This document shows positions 51,301 through 59,312 of a DNA stretch of 64,000 nucleotides, one piece after another; the stretch's first letter is position 1; each line of letters starts with the position of its first letter. The notes below the pieces were generated by a model. The model was not told the DNA's origin. It searched no databases and saw only the letters and a list, made by a program, of their open reading frames with translations. The position numbers and the translations under genes are program-made. This DNA comes from Malacoraja senta. Its lineage: Eukaryota. The stretch is from the NCBI GenBank assembly GCA_038087875.1, contig CM075984.1:3162001-3226000 (forward strand), given 5' to 3'.

Positions 51301-54300
51301 TCACATTAGTAAAGCAATATATATGCTCATGCCCTGCATTACAGGTTGTAGAATAAAGATCAAATCAGAATTTGGATTTATTATATTGAACTCTAAAATT
51401 TAAATATACTACCCTCCCCCTCCTCAACCTAAACTAACTTACACATGAAATACATACATGGAAATGACATGATGGACAGAAGCCATTTAGCCAACATCAT
51501 TATTCACCCATAATATATCTTGAGTGAAAATGTTTCCTGTGCCTTGCGTACTAAGTTTTCTTTCATTTATTTTTTAACCTACACTTGTCCTTTATCTACA
51601 GTACTTTAATTCAATTCCATCATTATATTGCCTTGTAATCCATTATATTGCCTTGTAATCCCAAAAATGTTCAATCTTAGTTGTTGCTCTCCCTCTCATT
51701 CCATACCCCAGAAATCTCTCTAATAATAATAAAATGCTCCTTCAATGTCATGAGAGTATGAGAACAACTATCATGCCAATTTGTGAGAAACTTTGCTAAA
51801 GTGCATTCACTGTAAATTCTCTCCATGCTTCTTCCAGCTGCTTATTTTGACATTTTATCTTGAAATGTAGTCATTTAATTCTTTATGAGAGTCTTTGCAT
51901 TTCATAGATATTAAGATAATCAATTTGTAATCACTTTACATTGGCATTAACAATGGTTTCCTCTAAAAAGTACTGATGGCACTATGGTGCTGTCCTAACC
52001 TCTCTATCAGCTCCAGAGAATTTAACATCGAGGACTCATTCCTGCAGTCCTTAGCACTTGTAGGTTCCTAAATATATCTCATTTGGCTTTGGTATATAGC
52101 CAACCATGTTAAATAACATTTAATATTTTTTATTTTCACCCACATTACTCATCTTTCCATTGTGGAGTATTTTTAATGCACATATGTTATAATGCTAATG
52201 TTATCCCACTTTTTAAGAAAGGCGGGAGAGAGAAAACGGGGAATTATAGACCAGTTAGCCTGACATCGGTCGTGGGTAAGATGCTGGAGTCAATTATAAA
52301 AGTAGAGATAGCCGAACATTTGGATAGCAGTAACAGGATCGGTCCGAGTCAGCATGGATTTACGAAGGGGAAATCATGTTCGACTAATCTTCTGGAATTT
52401 TTTGAAGATGTAACTGGGGAAATGGACAAGGGAGAGCCAGTGGATGTAGTGTACCTGGATTTTCAGAAAGCCTTTGATAAGGTCCCACATAGGGGATTAG
52501 TGGGCAAAGTTAGGGCACATGGTATTGGGGGTAGAGTGCTGACATGGATAGAGAAGTGGTTGGCAGACAGGAAACAAAGAGTAGGGATTAACGGGTCCCT
52601 TTCAGAATGGCAGGCAGTGACTAGTGGGGTACCGCAAGGCTCGGTGCTGGGACCGCAGCTATTTACAATATACATCAATGATTTGGATGAAGGGATTCAA
52701 AGTAACATTAGCAAATTTGCACATGACACAAAGCTGGGTGGCAGTGTAAACTGTGAGGAGGATGCTATGAGAATGCAGGGTAACTTGGACAGGTTGGGGG
52801 AGTGGGCAGATGCATGGCAGATGAAGTTTAATGCAGATAAATGTGAGGTTATCCTTTTTTGGAGCAAAAACAGGAAGGCAGATTACTATCTAAATGCCGT
52901 CAAGTTGGGAAAAGGGGAAGTACAATGTGATCTGGGGGTCCTTGTATACCAGTCTATGAAAGTATGCATGCAGGTACAGCAGGCAGTGAAGAAAGCGAAT
53001 GGCATGTTGGCGTTATAACAAGAGGAATCGAATATAGGAGCAAAGAGGTCCTTCTGCAGTTGTACAGAGCCCTAGTGAGACCACACCTGGAGTATTGTGT
53101 GCAGTTTTGGTCCCCTAATTTGAGGAAGGACATTCTTGCTATTGAGGGAGTGCAGCGTAGGTTTACAAGGTTAATTCCAGGGATGGCAGGACTGTCATAT
53201 GCTGAGCGAATGGAGCGGCTGGGCTTGTATACTCTGGAGTTTAGAAGGATGAGAGGGAATCTCATTGAAACATATAAGATTGTTAAGGGTTTGGACACGC
53301 TAGAGGCAGGAAACATGTTCCCGATGTTGGGGGAGTCCAGAACCAGGGGCCACAGTTTAAGAATAAGGAGTAAGACATTTAGAACGGAGACGAGGAAACA
53401 CTTTTTCTCACAGAGAGTGGTGAGTCTGTGGAATTCTCTGCCTCGGAGGGCAGTGGAGGCAGGTTCTCTGGATGCTTTCAAGAGAGAGCTAGATAGGGCT
53501 CTTAAAAATAGCGGAGTCAGGGGATATGGGGAGAAGGCAAGAATGGGGTACTGATTGGGGATGTTCAGCCATGATCACATTGAATGGTGGTGCTGGCTCA
53601 AAGGGCCGAATGGCCTACTCCTGCACCTATTGTCTATATGTGCCATCTTCTGTCCACAACAACAGTCATTACAGTTTAGGATCATGGACTCGTGCGCAAT
53701 TATTGGATCACTGATCCACGTTTCCACTATTGGATTTTTTGTAACCATATCATGTTGTCATTGGGAACTATGGGGTCAAGGAAAGAGCATTCACGTCACG
53801 GCCCTGTTTCCACCTATCTTTCTACCACCACGCACAAGAAGGGCAAGACAGACACCATTGAATGCAGATGCCGAGAAGTGTGTTCAGCTCTAGCTGAACA
53901 ACTTCTAATCTTGTGTGTGGACTCGATAAGAAGAAGATTGGGAACTATAGACCAGAATGCCCAACAACTGTGGTAGGAAAGTTACTGGAAAGGATTCAGA
54001 GTGATAAGATTTACATGCATTTGGAAATACAGGGGTTGTTTAGGGATGGTCAACATGGTTTTGTTCGATTCATTGATGTGGCTCAGTTTAAAAAAAAAAT
54101 AACCAAGAAGGTTGATGAATACTGGGCCGTAGACATACTCTATATGGACTTCAGCAGAGCCTTTGATAAAGGTTCCACTCAGAAGGCCGCTCTGGAAAAT
54201 TAGATCATGTGAAATCCAGGGAGAGGTAGCTAACTGGATTCATAATTGGCTTCACCTTAGGAAGCAGAAGATGATAGTGGAAAATTATTTTTCAGACTGG

Positions 54301-57300
54301 AGGCCTGTATTAGTGGTGTGTCTCAGCGATCAGTGATGGGACCATTATTGTTAGTCATCTATCAATAATTTGGATGAGAATGTAGTTGGCCTGAATTGTA
54401 ATTTTGCATGTGACACAAAAATAGATGGTATCGTGGACAGTGAAGACGGTTATCAATTATTACAGCAGGGTCTTGATCAGCTGGACAGGTAGGCTGAGGA
54501 ATAGCAAACAGTTTAATTCAGATAAGTGTAAGGTGTTGCATTTGGGAAATCAAAGATTGTAGGACCTTCATAGTGAACGGTAGGGTACTGGGGAGTGTTG
54601 TAGAGCAGTGGGATCTATGGAGGTATATTGAGTGAGCTGCCAGAGGAAGTAGTTGAGGCAGGTTCAATAACAAAATTTAAAATACACTTAAAGATAGGCA
54701 CAAAATGCTGGAGTGACTCAGCAGGACAGGCAGCATCTCTAGAGAGAAATGGGTGATGTTTCGGGTCGACACGCTTTTTCAGACTTACACTTGGACAGGT
54801 ACGCGGACAGGCAATGTTTAGAGGAAGTGTTAAAGAAGGAACTGCAGATGCTGGAAAATCTACGGTACACAAAAATGCTGGAGAAACTCAGCGGGTGCAG
54901 CAGCATCTATGGAGCAAAGGGTTTGAAGGGTTTCGGCCCAAAACGTTGCCTATTTCCTTCGCTCCATAGATGCTGCTGCACCCGCTGAGTTTCTCCAGCA
55001 TTTTTGTGTACCTAATGTTTAGAGGAATATGGGCCAAAGACAGGCTATTAGGAGAGTGAGAAAGGGACAAAGGGAATGCTCCCTGGGTGCTGACACAATG
55101 TAGTGGGCTGTCTTCTGGCTTCTTCCTTTCAACATTATATCTCTATACTTTCACCCCATTATTCCTAGTTCCCTCTTTCAATTCAACATTTTCATAAAAA
55201 ACATCTTCTGCTTCTCCAGTTGTCTGCCTTCAGCTCTTGGTCTGGTTTTTTTTCTAAGTTCATTGCTATTAGCATGGTAAATGGGTTGCTCCATCTGCAA
55301 CATACCAACCTATCTGAAATTGACATCATCAAATGCTCTTCAAAAAGCATCCCATGCCACTTTTATCTCATCAATCAGCATTGAATCCTTAATCTACTTT
55401 TCCACATTAAGTGCTTAGGCACATTGCCATCTCCCTACTCATTGTTCCCCTTTTCTATTAATCTTTGAACAGATTTTTCGCCGCACTGTCAATACCAAAG
55501 TCAAGCGGAATGACAAATACCCCATTTTGCATTGATGCCGCTGAAGTAGAGATGGTTGAAAAATTCAAATTCCCAGCAGTAAATATTACCAACAACTAGG
55601 TTTGGGAACAGCTCCATCCAAGACCGCAAGAAATTGCAGTGAATTGTATACTGAGCCAAGACCATCACACAAACCAACCTCCCTTCCATTGACTCAATTT
55701 ATACCTCGTGCTGCCTCGGCAAGGCCAGCAGCATAATCGACGACGAGTTGCACCCTGGCCACTCCCTCTTCTCCCCTCTCCCATCAGGCAAAAGGTATAG
55801 TGTGAAAACACACACCTCCAGATTGCAGGGCAGTTCCTACCCAGCTGTTATCAGGCGATTGAACCATCCTACCACAACTAGAGAGTAGTCCTGAACTACT
55901 ATCCACCTCATTTGGAGACCATCAGACTATCTTTGATTGGACTTTACTGGCTTTACCTTGCACTAAATGTTTTTCCCTCATCTCGTATCTGTACACTGCG
56001 AATAGCTCGATTGTAATCATGTATTGTCTTTCCACTGACTGGTTAGCACACAACAAAAGCTTTTCACTGTACCTCGGTAAACGTGACAATAAACTAAACT
56101 TTTGATCAAAGGCAAGAGATATTTTCTATAATTCATGATATTTTCTGTGGCCATGGTACTTCTCAGAAAAGGACACAAAGTGTTGGATTAATTCTGTGGG
56201 TCAGGCAACATCTCTGGTGAACATCGATAGGTGATGTTTTGGGTCAGGATCTTTCTTCAGACTGGTATCTTCAGACAAGGACGTTCTCAGTCCTTGTTCA
56301 TAATGCTGAGTACAATCCATCCTTCGCCTTTCCTTATATAGTTCACAGTACCCTTGAGCAACACTGCAGAGGATTTGTGTAGGAAGGAACTACAGATGCT
56401 GGTTTACACAAAAGATAGACACAAAATGCTGGAGTAACTCAGCGGGACAGGCAGCATCTCTGGAGAGAAGAAATGGGTGACGTTTCAGGTCGAGACCCAA
56501 GAGTCTGAAGAAGTATCTCCACCCGAAACGTCACCCATTCCTTCTATTCAGAGATGGTGCTTGTCCCGCTGAGTTACTCCAGCATTTTGTGTCTAACTAC
56601 AGAGGATATGATCCTGCTGCAGTAAAGTACTCAGTTGTCCTTTCATTTTGAGCAGCGTCAACTTTGTATTGCAATAACGCTTTGATTATCTATCAGATGG
56701 ATAATTGTGCTTCAGTGATGACCAATTGATTATGTATTGATACTCTTGCAGTCATTCACTCACTCTTCATTGCGAATGTGTCATACACCAACTATAAGAA
56801 GTGCCCTGACTATACTTGTCTATCTTGGAAACTGCATAGAATTAAAAAACAAACCTTAAACATTATGGAAGAAACAATAACATAGCTTCAAAATGACGAT
56901 CTTAGAGTTGGATTAGTGATGAAACTATGCGATTTATGTCTGCGTGTATGAATATACTTTCTGTCCTTTACTGATTCTTGGTCATAAATTATTCTTTAGG
57001 CAATAGACAATAGGTGCAGGAGTAGGCCATTCGGCCCTTCGAGCCAGCACCGCCATTCAATGTGATCATGGCTGATCATCCACAATCAGTACCCCGTACC
57101 TGCCTTCTCCCCATATCCCCTGACTCTGCTGTCTTTAAGAGCCCTATCTAACTCTTTCTTGAAAGTATCCAGAGAACCAGCCTCCACCACCCTCTGAGGC
57201 AGAGAATTCCACAGACTCACCACTCTCTGTGAGAAAAAGTGTTTCCTCATCTTCGTTCTAAATGGCTTACCCCTTATTCTTAAACTGTGGCCCCTGGTTC

Positions 57301-58983
57301 TTGACTCCCCGAATATCGGGAACACGTTTCCTGCCTCTAGCTTGTCCAAACCCTTAATAATCTTATATGTTTCAATAAGATTCCCACTCATCCTTCTAAA
57401 CTCCAGAGTGTACAAGCCCAGCCGCTCCATTCTCTCAGCATATGACAGTCCCGCCATCCCGGGAATTAACCTCGTGAACTAATCGCACTAATTAATTGCA
57501 CGGGAATTAATTGCACTAATCCAGTAGCAACACTAAATTACCGACATTTTTCCTCACGAGTCCAGCAGCGCAATATACAGACTGAATTACTTGCTTAAAA
57601 TTATATGACATGGTCTTCACCTTTTCTATTTACCGATGTGTATCTTTTGGAGGAATAGGCTTTTTTTCGGACTTGGACTCCATCTGACACTGGTTGTAAA
57701 GAACATTTCTGATACGTATGCAACGCCAGAAGATATCTCTTTGCAGCTTGATTGCAAAATTCTTGCATGGAATCGCATCCTGAAAGACAACAGATTCCCA
57801 TTCCTATTAACATGCTTATGATCTTGAGACGAAGTATAATATATTCAATCAAACACATTCAATGTGCAAATCGTTCAACTTTGAGAAGGATTTAACAAAA
57901 TCGAGCTGAATGTCCTACCCAATGCATTAGAATTCTAACCATGAATCCATACTCCAAAGGTTTAGGAAGTTACAGCAAATGCTGGTTTACATCGAAGATA
58001 GTCCCAGAATGCGGGAGTAACTCAGCGGGACAGGAAATATCACAAATATTATAACAAATATTCTCTCTCTCCAGAGGTGCTGCCTGTCCCGCTGAGTTAC
58101 TTCAGCGTTTTGTGTCTATCTCCAAAGGTTCATTTCTCGTCCTGGTGCTAAAGGAACTGCAATATATATTCAAAACTTTCATCACACGGTACACAAACCG
58201 ACCTTTTCAGTTTTGTTTCTAAATGATGGCATCTTTGGAAAAGTAACGGGGGGGGGAGAGGATGTGCTTTGACAGGACCTCGGGTCTACTTTCCAAAGTA
58301 CGTCAGCCAGTACCTTCAATGTTACCATGAACATTGAAACTAAGGTCGGTATTGTGAAGCAATCCGAATATTAGATTTCTCATCCAAATCTGGACGAAAG
58401 GGATATGATTCATTTTGCAATGGCGCTTTCATGAATGTGTTGAGCATTCCAGAGAGCTTGTGAAACTAAACGGAAAATGTGATGGGTAAAGTCGCATGTT
58501 AAAAACTGCAAGTTGTTAGACAGTCAGTCGCCCGAAGGAAGCAAGAGGCGGGCAGCACTGGAGAAGTGATACCCGGCCGAAGCGTTTATTTCTACTTTGG
58601 TGCCAGCATAGTTCACATCACGCGAGGATTATGTGTGTCATGTATTCGTGTGAATGAACCGTGTTGGTGGGCGGGCAGTGGTCAGGCAAGTAAGATGGAT
58701 AACAACACCGGGACAAACTGGAATCATAAATAAACAATAAAGAATAGGACTCGAGAATAGAAAACTCACCACAAACCAAAGCTTCGGCGGTCGCCATGTG
58801 CATGAGCGTATCGAATGGAGCCCTCCACTGAAATGGTTTTAAAACCATTAAGTCTATCTCTGCTGATAAATCAGACTCGGTCAGCTTGAATCCAGCTTTG
58901 TTGCACCCGTGACCCGTAACGTTATAATAGCCCATGGCATTCCCGAGTGATCCAAGGACCATGGCAGCCTCGTACCTCTCCAT
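12871..58983 (-). CDS. ADPRHL1: ADP-ribosylhydrolase-like 1 (ARH2-like) gene, 8 coding exons; long isoform 1170 aa, short isoform 352 aa ending at 16189
   Basis: Exons 58983-58770, 57779-57621, 50416-50291, 45740-45600, 38351-38224, 17282-17150, 16346-16193 and 15328-12871 all have GT/AG boundaries and compatible phases. The peptides align to ARH2 ([61 protein letters not shown]). Sizes 214/159/126/141/128/133/154 match recalled human sizes except exon 2 (165). Could be a divergent paralog rather than the ortholog. Confidence 0.88.
15686..15925 (-). mobile_element. tRNA-derived SINE (5'-truncated) in intron 7
   Basis: Reverse complement of the 4934-5214 family. Confidence 0.8.
16189..16346 (-). 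CDS. ADPRHL1: ADPRHL1-like exon 7 (154 bp to donor at 16193; read-through gives stop at 16191-16189)
   Basis: ttatag| acceptor; [52 protein letters not shown]; CG|gtaagt donor contains in-frame TAA. Confidence 0.93.
16636..16980. mobile_element. Penelope-derived palindromic element with hammerhead-like cores
   Basis: Inverted arms; 14-bp TSD ACATTAATTCTAGA; CTGAAGAAGGGTCTCGACCCGAAAC on the minus strand. Confidence 0.8.
17150..17282 (-). CDS. ADPRHL1: ADPRHL1-like exon 6 (133 bp), not in ORF track
   Basis: ctgacag| acceptor, G|gtaaga donor; [44 protein letters not shown]. Confidence 0.93.
17779..19640 (-). mobile_element. CR1 LINE ORF2 3' portion with palindromic-element insertions
   Basis: [31 protein letters not shown]. 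Confidence 0.9.
20283..20528 (+). mobile_element. tRNA-derived SINE
   Basis: tggtggcacagcggtagag A box, gggttccatcc B box. Confidence 0.8.
21817..22013. mobile_element. Penelope-derived palindromic element (second subfamily)
   Basis: Near-perfect inverted arms; 14-bp TSD TCCTGTATCAATAT. Confidence 0.8.
22272..22525 (-). mobile_element. tRNA-derived SINE
   Basis: Same family, reverse orientation. Confidence 0.75.
23160..23543 (+). mobile_element. Rex1/Babar LINE 3' fragment
   Basis: [48 protein letters not shown]; gtgacaataa tail. Confidence 0.8.
24669..25203 (+). repeat. 5' LTR
   Basis: TGTGACAC...GTCGTAACA; about 9 substitutions versus the 3' LTR by manual comparison; internal TATAAA. 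Confidence 0.95.
25207..25219 (+). promoter_or_regulatory. primer-binding site complementary to the tRNA-Pro 3' end
   Basis: TGGGGGCTCGTCC 3 nt after the LTR; equals the first 13 nt of the classical tRNA-Pro PBS. Confidence 0.85.
25231..25623 (+). repeat. imperfect tandem repeat (~110-135-bp unit, ~3 copies) in the LTR-element leader
   Basis: cttctggactga(a/g)gaag...agcattgg(t/a)gcc...gctggtgctttggctac occurs three times. Confidence 0.8.
25625..28313 (+). pseudogene. gag (SCAN-like capsid C-terminal domain, CCHC knuckle) - aspartic protease - integrase, frameshifted
   Basis: [17 protein letters not shown]...AVLADEY; [14 protein letters not shown]; LRDTG; HHCC zinc finger, VDCVGP / SDQGSNF / ERFHQTLK catalytic core; frameshifts near 25830 and 26212. 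Confidence 0.92.
28315..28530 (+). pseudogene. L1 ORF1 C-terminal domain remnant
   Basis: [46 protein letters not shown]...SPEDAQDF resembles the L1 ORF1p CTD. Confidence 0.85.
29781..33538 (+). pseudogene. L1 ORF2 (APE endonuclease, RT, Cys-rich C-terminus)
   Basis: SWNVRG, QETH, GDFN, SDH; [19 protein letters not shown]; CNRC...H...WSC; frameshifts near 31630 and 33410. Confidence 0.95.
33908..35841 (+). pseudogene. integrase C-terminus (GPY) - reverse transcriptase - RNase H
   Basis: RVLKEKWL resumes after the L1; YSGPYQV; [20 protein letters not shown]; DAS, EKE, TDH, ADALSR; one frameshift near 34555. Confidence 0.93.
35905..36439 (+). repeat. 3' LTR
   Basis: Same length and termini as the 5' LTR; preceded by purine tract GGGTGGGGG (35896-35904). 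Confidence 0.95.
37513..37753 (-). mobile_element. tRNA-derived SINE
   Basis: Same family, reverse orientation. Confidence 0.75.
38224..38351 (-). CDS. ADPRHL1: ADPRHL1-like exon 5 (128 bp)
   Basis: ttcacag| acceptor, AAG|gtaata donor; [43 protein letters not shown]. Confidence 0.93.
38511..40026 (-). mobile_element. CR1 LINE 3' 1.5 kb
   Basis: [31 protein letters not shown]; (TTTCTATG)n tail. Confidence 0.93.
40972..41580 (-). mobile_element. old Rex1/Babar LINE 3' fragment
   Basis: [17 protein letters not shown] motif; (CTTGA)n tail. Confidence 0.6.
41866..42347 (-). mobile_element. Penelope-like 3' fragment (endonuclease end + terminal repeat)
   Basis: Reverse complement matches the 9360-9435 / 9931-10325 part of the Penelope copy. 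Confidence 0.75.
42787..44048 (+). mobile_element. CR1 LINE 3' 1.26 kb
   Basis: [21 protein letters not shown]; (TTTCTATG)n tail. Confidence 0.93.
44700..45110 (-). mobile_element. RTE-like bipartite non-autonomous retroposon
   Basis: 9-bp TSD TATGATACA (44691-44699 / 45111-45119); (GAT)(GAAT)n tail; 3' part encodes ELEDRDVW, like RTE ORF ends; GC-rich hairpins at the 5' end. Confidence 0.65.
45600..45740 (-). CDS. ADPRHL1: ADPRHL1-like exon 4 (141 bp), not in ORF track
   Basis: ttgtag| acceptor, CAG|gtagaa donor; [47 protein letters not shown]. Confidence 0.93.
46417..46746 (+). mobile_element. short retroposon with Rex1-like tail inside an old CR1
   Basis: TA(T/C)GGGT duplicated at both ends; atttcactgt...gtgacaaataaa tail. 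Confidence 0.55.
48596..49041 (-). mobile_element. tRNA-derived SINE interrupted by a + strand CR1 3' end (~48755-48940)
   Basis: SINE halves join across the CR1 fragment (gggagg|aaacc). Confidence 0.75.
49106..49157 (+). ncRNA. candidate minimal HDV-like self-cleaving ribozyme
   Basis: P1 GGGGUC/GGCCCU, P2 GGAAAGA/UCUUUCC, P3 GCG/CGU, L3 UUCAUGU, J4/2 CCAA, in nested double-pseudoknot order. Confidence 0.78.
49106..49276 (+). mobile_element. short retroposon with HDV-like ribozyme head and (AAG)n tail, copy A
   Basis: Homologous to 53772-53936; degenerate 11-bp TSD AACAGCATGCT / AACAGAATGTT. Confidence 0.85.
49534..50105. mobile_element. GC/CpG-rich MITE (PIF/Harbinger- or Kolobok-like)
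   Basis: ~33-bp imperfect TIRs AGGC(T)CTGTCT...GCGGTCAT.GGCGG; flanks CTAA / TTAA. Confidence 0.75.
50291..50416 (-). CDS. ADPRHL1: ADPRHL1-like exon 3 (126 bp)
   Basis: tttacag| acceptor, CAG|gtaaag donor; [42 protein letters not shown]. Confidence 0.93.
50997..51277. mobile_element. Penelope-derived palindromic element; best-preserved hammerhead core at 51186-51213 (+)
   Basis: CTGAAGA-T-GGGTC-TC-GACCC-GAAA-C-GTC. Confidence 0.78.
52194..53637 (+). mobile_element. CR1 LINE 3' 1.45 kb
   Basis: [25 protein letters not shown]; ctattgtctat tail. Confidence 0.93.
53772..53823 (+). ncRNA. decayed HDV-like ribozyme (P3 broken by CpG mutations)
   Basis: P1 intact, P2 GGAAAGA/UCUUUCU, L3 UUCACGU, P3 GCA/CAC mismatched, J4/2 CCUA. 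Confidence 0.7.
53772..53936 (+). mobile_element. short retroposon with HDV-like ribozyme head and (AAG)n tail, copy B
   Basis: Perfect 12-bp TSD ATTGGGAACTAT (53760-53771 / 53937-53948); same 5' start as copy A. Confidence 0.88.
53937..54690 (+). mobile_element. old degraded CR1 fragment
   Basis: GNYRP...VVGKLLE...QHGF...MDFSRAFDK with many stops. Confidence 0.75.
55597..56100 (+). mobile_element. Rex1/Babar LINE 3' fragment
   Basis: Homologous to 23160-23543. Confidence 0.8.
56378..56595. mobile_element. Penelope-derived palindromic element
   Basis: Same family; inverted arms around ctgaagaa...gaaacgtc. Confidence 0.75.
57001..57478 (-). mobile_element. CR1 LINE 3' fragment
   Basis: [20 protein letters not shown]...[14 protein letters not shown]. 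Confidence 0.9.
57621..57779 (-). CDS. ADPRHL1: ADPRHL1-like exon 2 (159 bp, highly divergent)
   Basis: ctttcag|GA acceptor, AAG|gtgaag donor, phase 1-1, open frame [16 protein letters not shown]...TSVNRK; weak similarity to ARH2 exon 2 (ends NRK vs NEK). Confidence 0.72.
58770..58983 (-). CDS. ADPRHL1: ADPRHL1-like exon 1 (214 coding bp)
   Basis: ATG at 58983; [19 protein letters not shown]...[14 protein letters not shown]; donor G|gtgagt. Confidence 0.93.
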
Positions 58984-59120
58984 TGTACCGGCTTCCTGAA
59001 GCTTGAGCAAGAAGCTGCCGTCCCTCGACTGGGTCGAGTCCCCTCACCGGGCTCTCCTGTGGTGTAGCCCCGCCTCGGCTAGCTTACACAAGAGGTAGGA
59101 GCCTCACCCGCAGCGACTTG
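58984..59120 (-). promoter_or_regulatory. CpG-rich 5' UTR/promoter region of the ADPRHL1-like gene
   Basis: Local CpG enrichment around exon 1 and a GC box (ccccgcc near 59067-59073) upstream of the ATG. Confidence 0.45.
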
Positions 59121-59126
59121 AAACGT

Positions 59127-59312
59127 GTGGGAAGGAACTGCAGATGCTGGTTTGAACCCACGAGGAGAGACAGAAAAAGCCGGAGTAACTCAGCGGGACC
59201 AACAGCATCTCTGGAGAAAAAGACAAGGGTCTCGACCCAAAACATCACCTATTCCTTCTCTCCAGAGCTGCTGCCTGGCCCGCTGAGTTACTCCATCTTA
59301 TGTTGTCTATCT
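59127..59312. mobile_element. Penelope-derived palindromic element just upstream of exon 1
   Basis: Inverted arms; 14-bp TSD GCGA(C/T)TTGAAACGT. Confidence 0.78.

Noticed and set aside
57479-57520. short AT-rich quasi-palindromic repeat (aattaattgcac)
   Set aside because: Sits at the 5' truncation point of a CR1 and reuses adjacent CR1 sequence (gggaattaa); best explained as junction filler.
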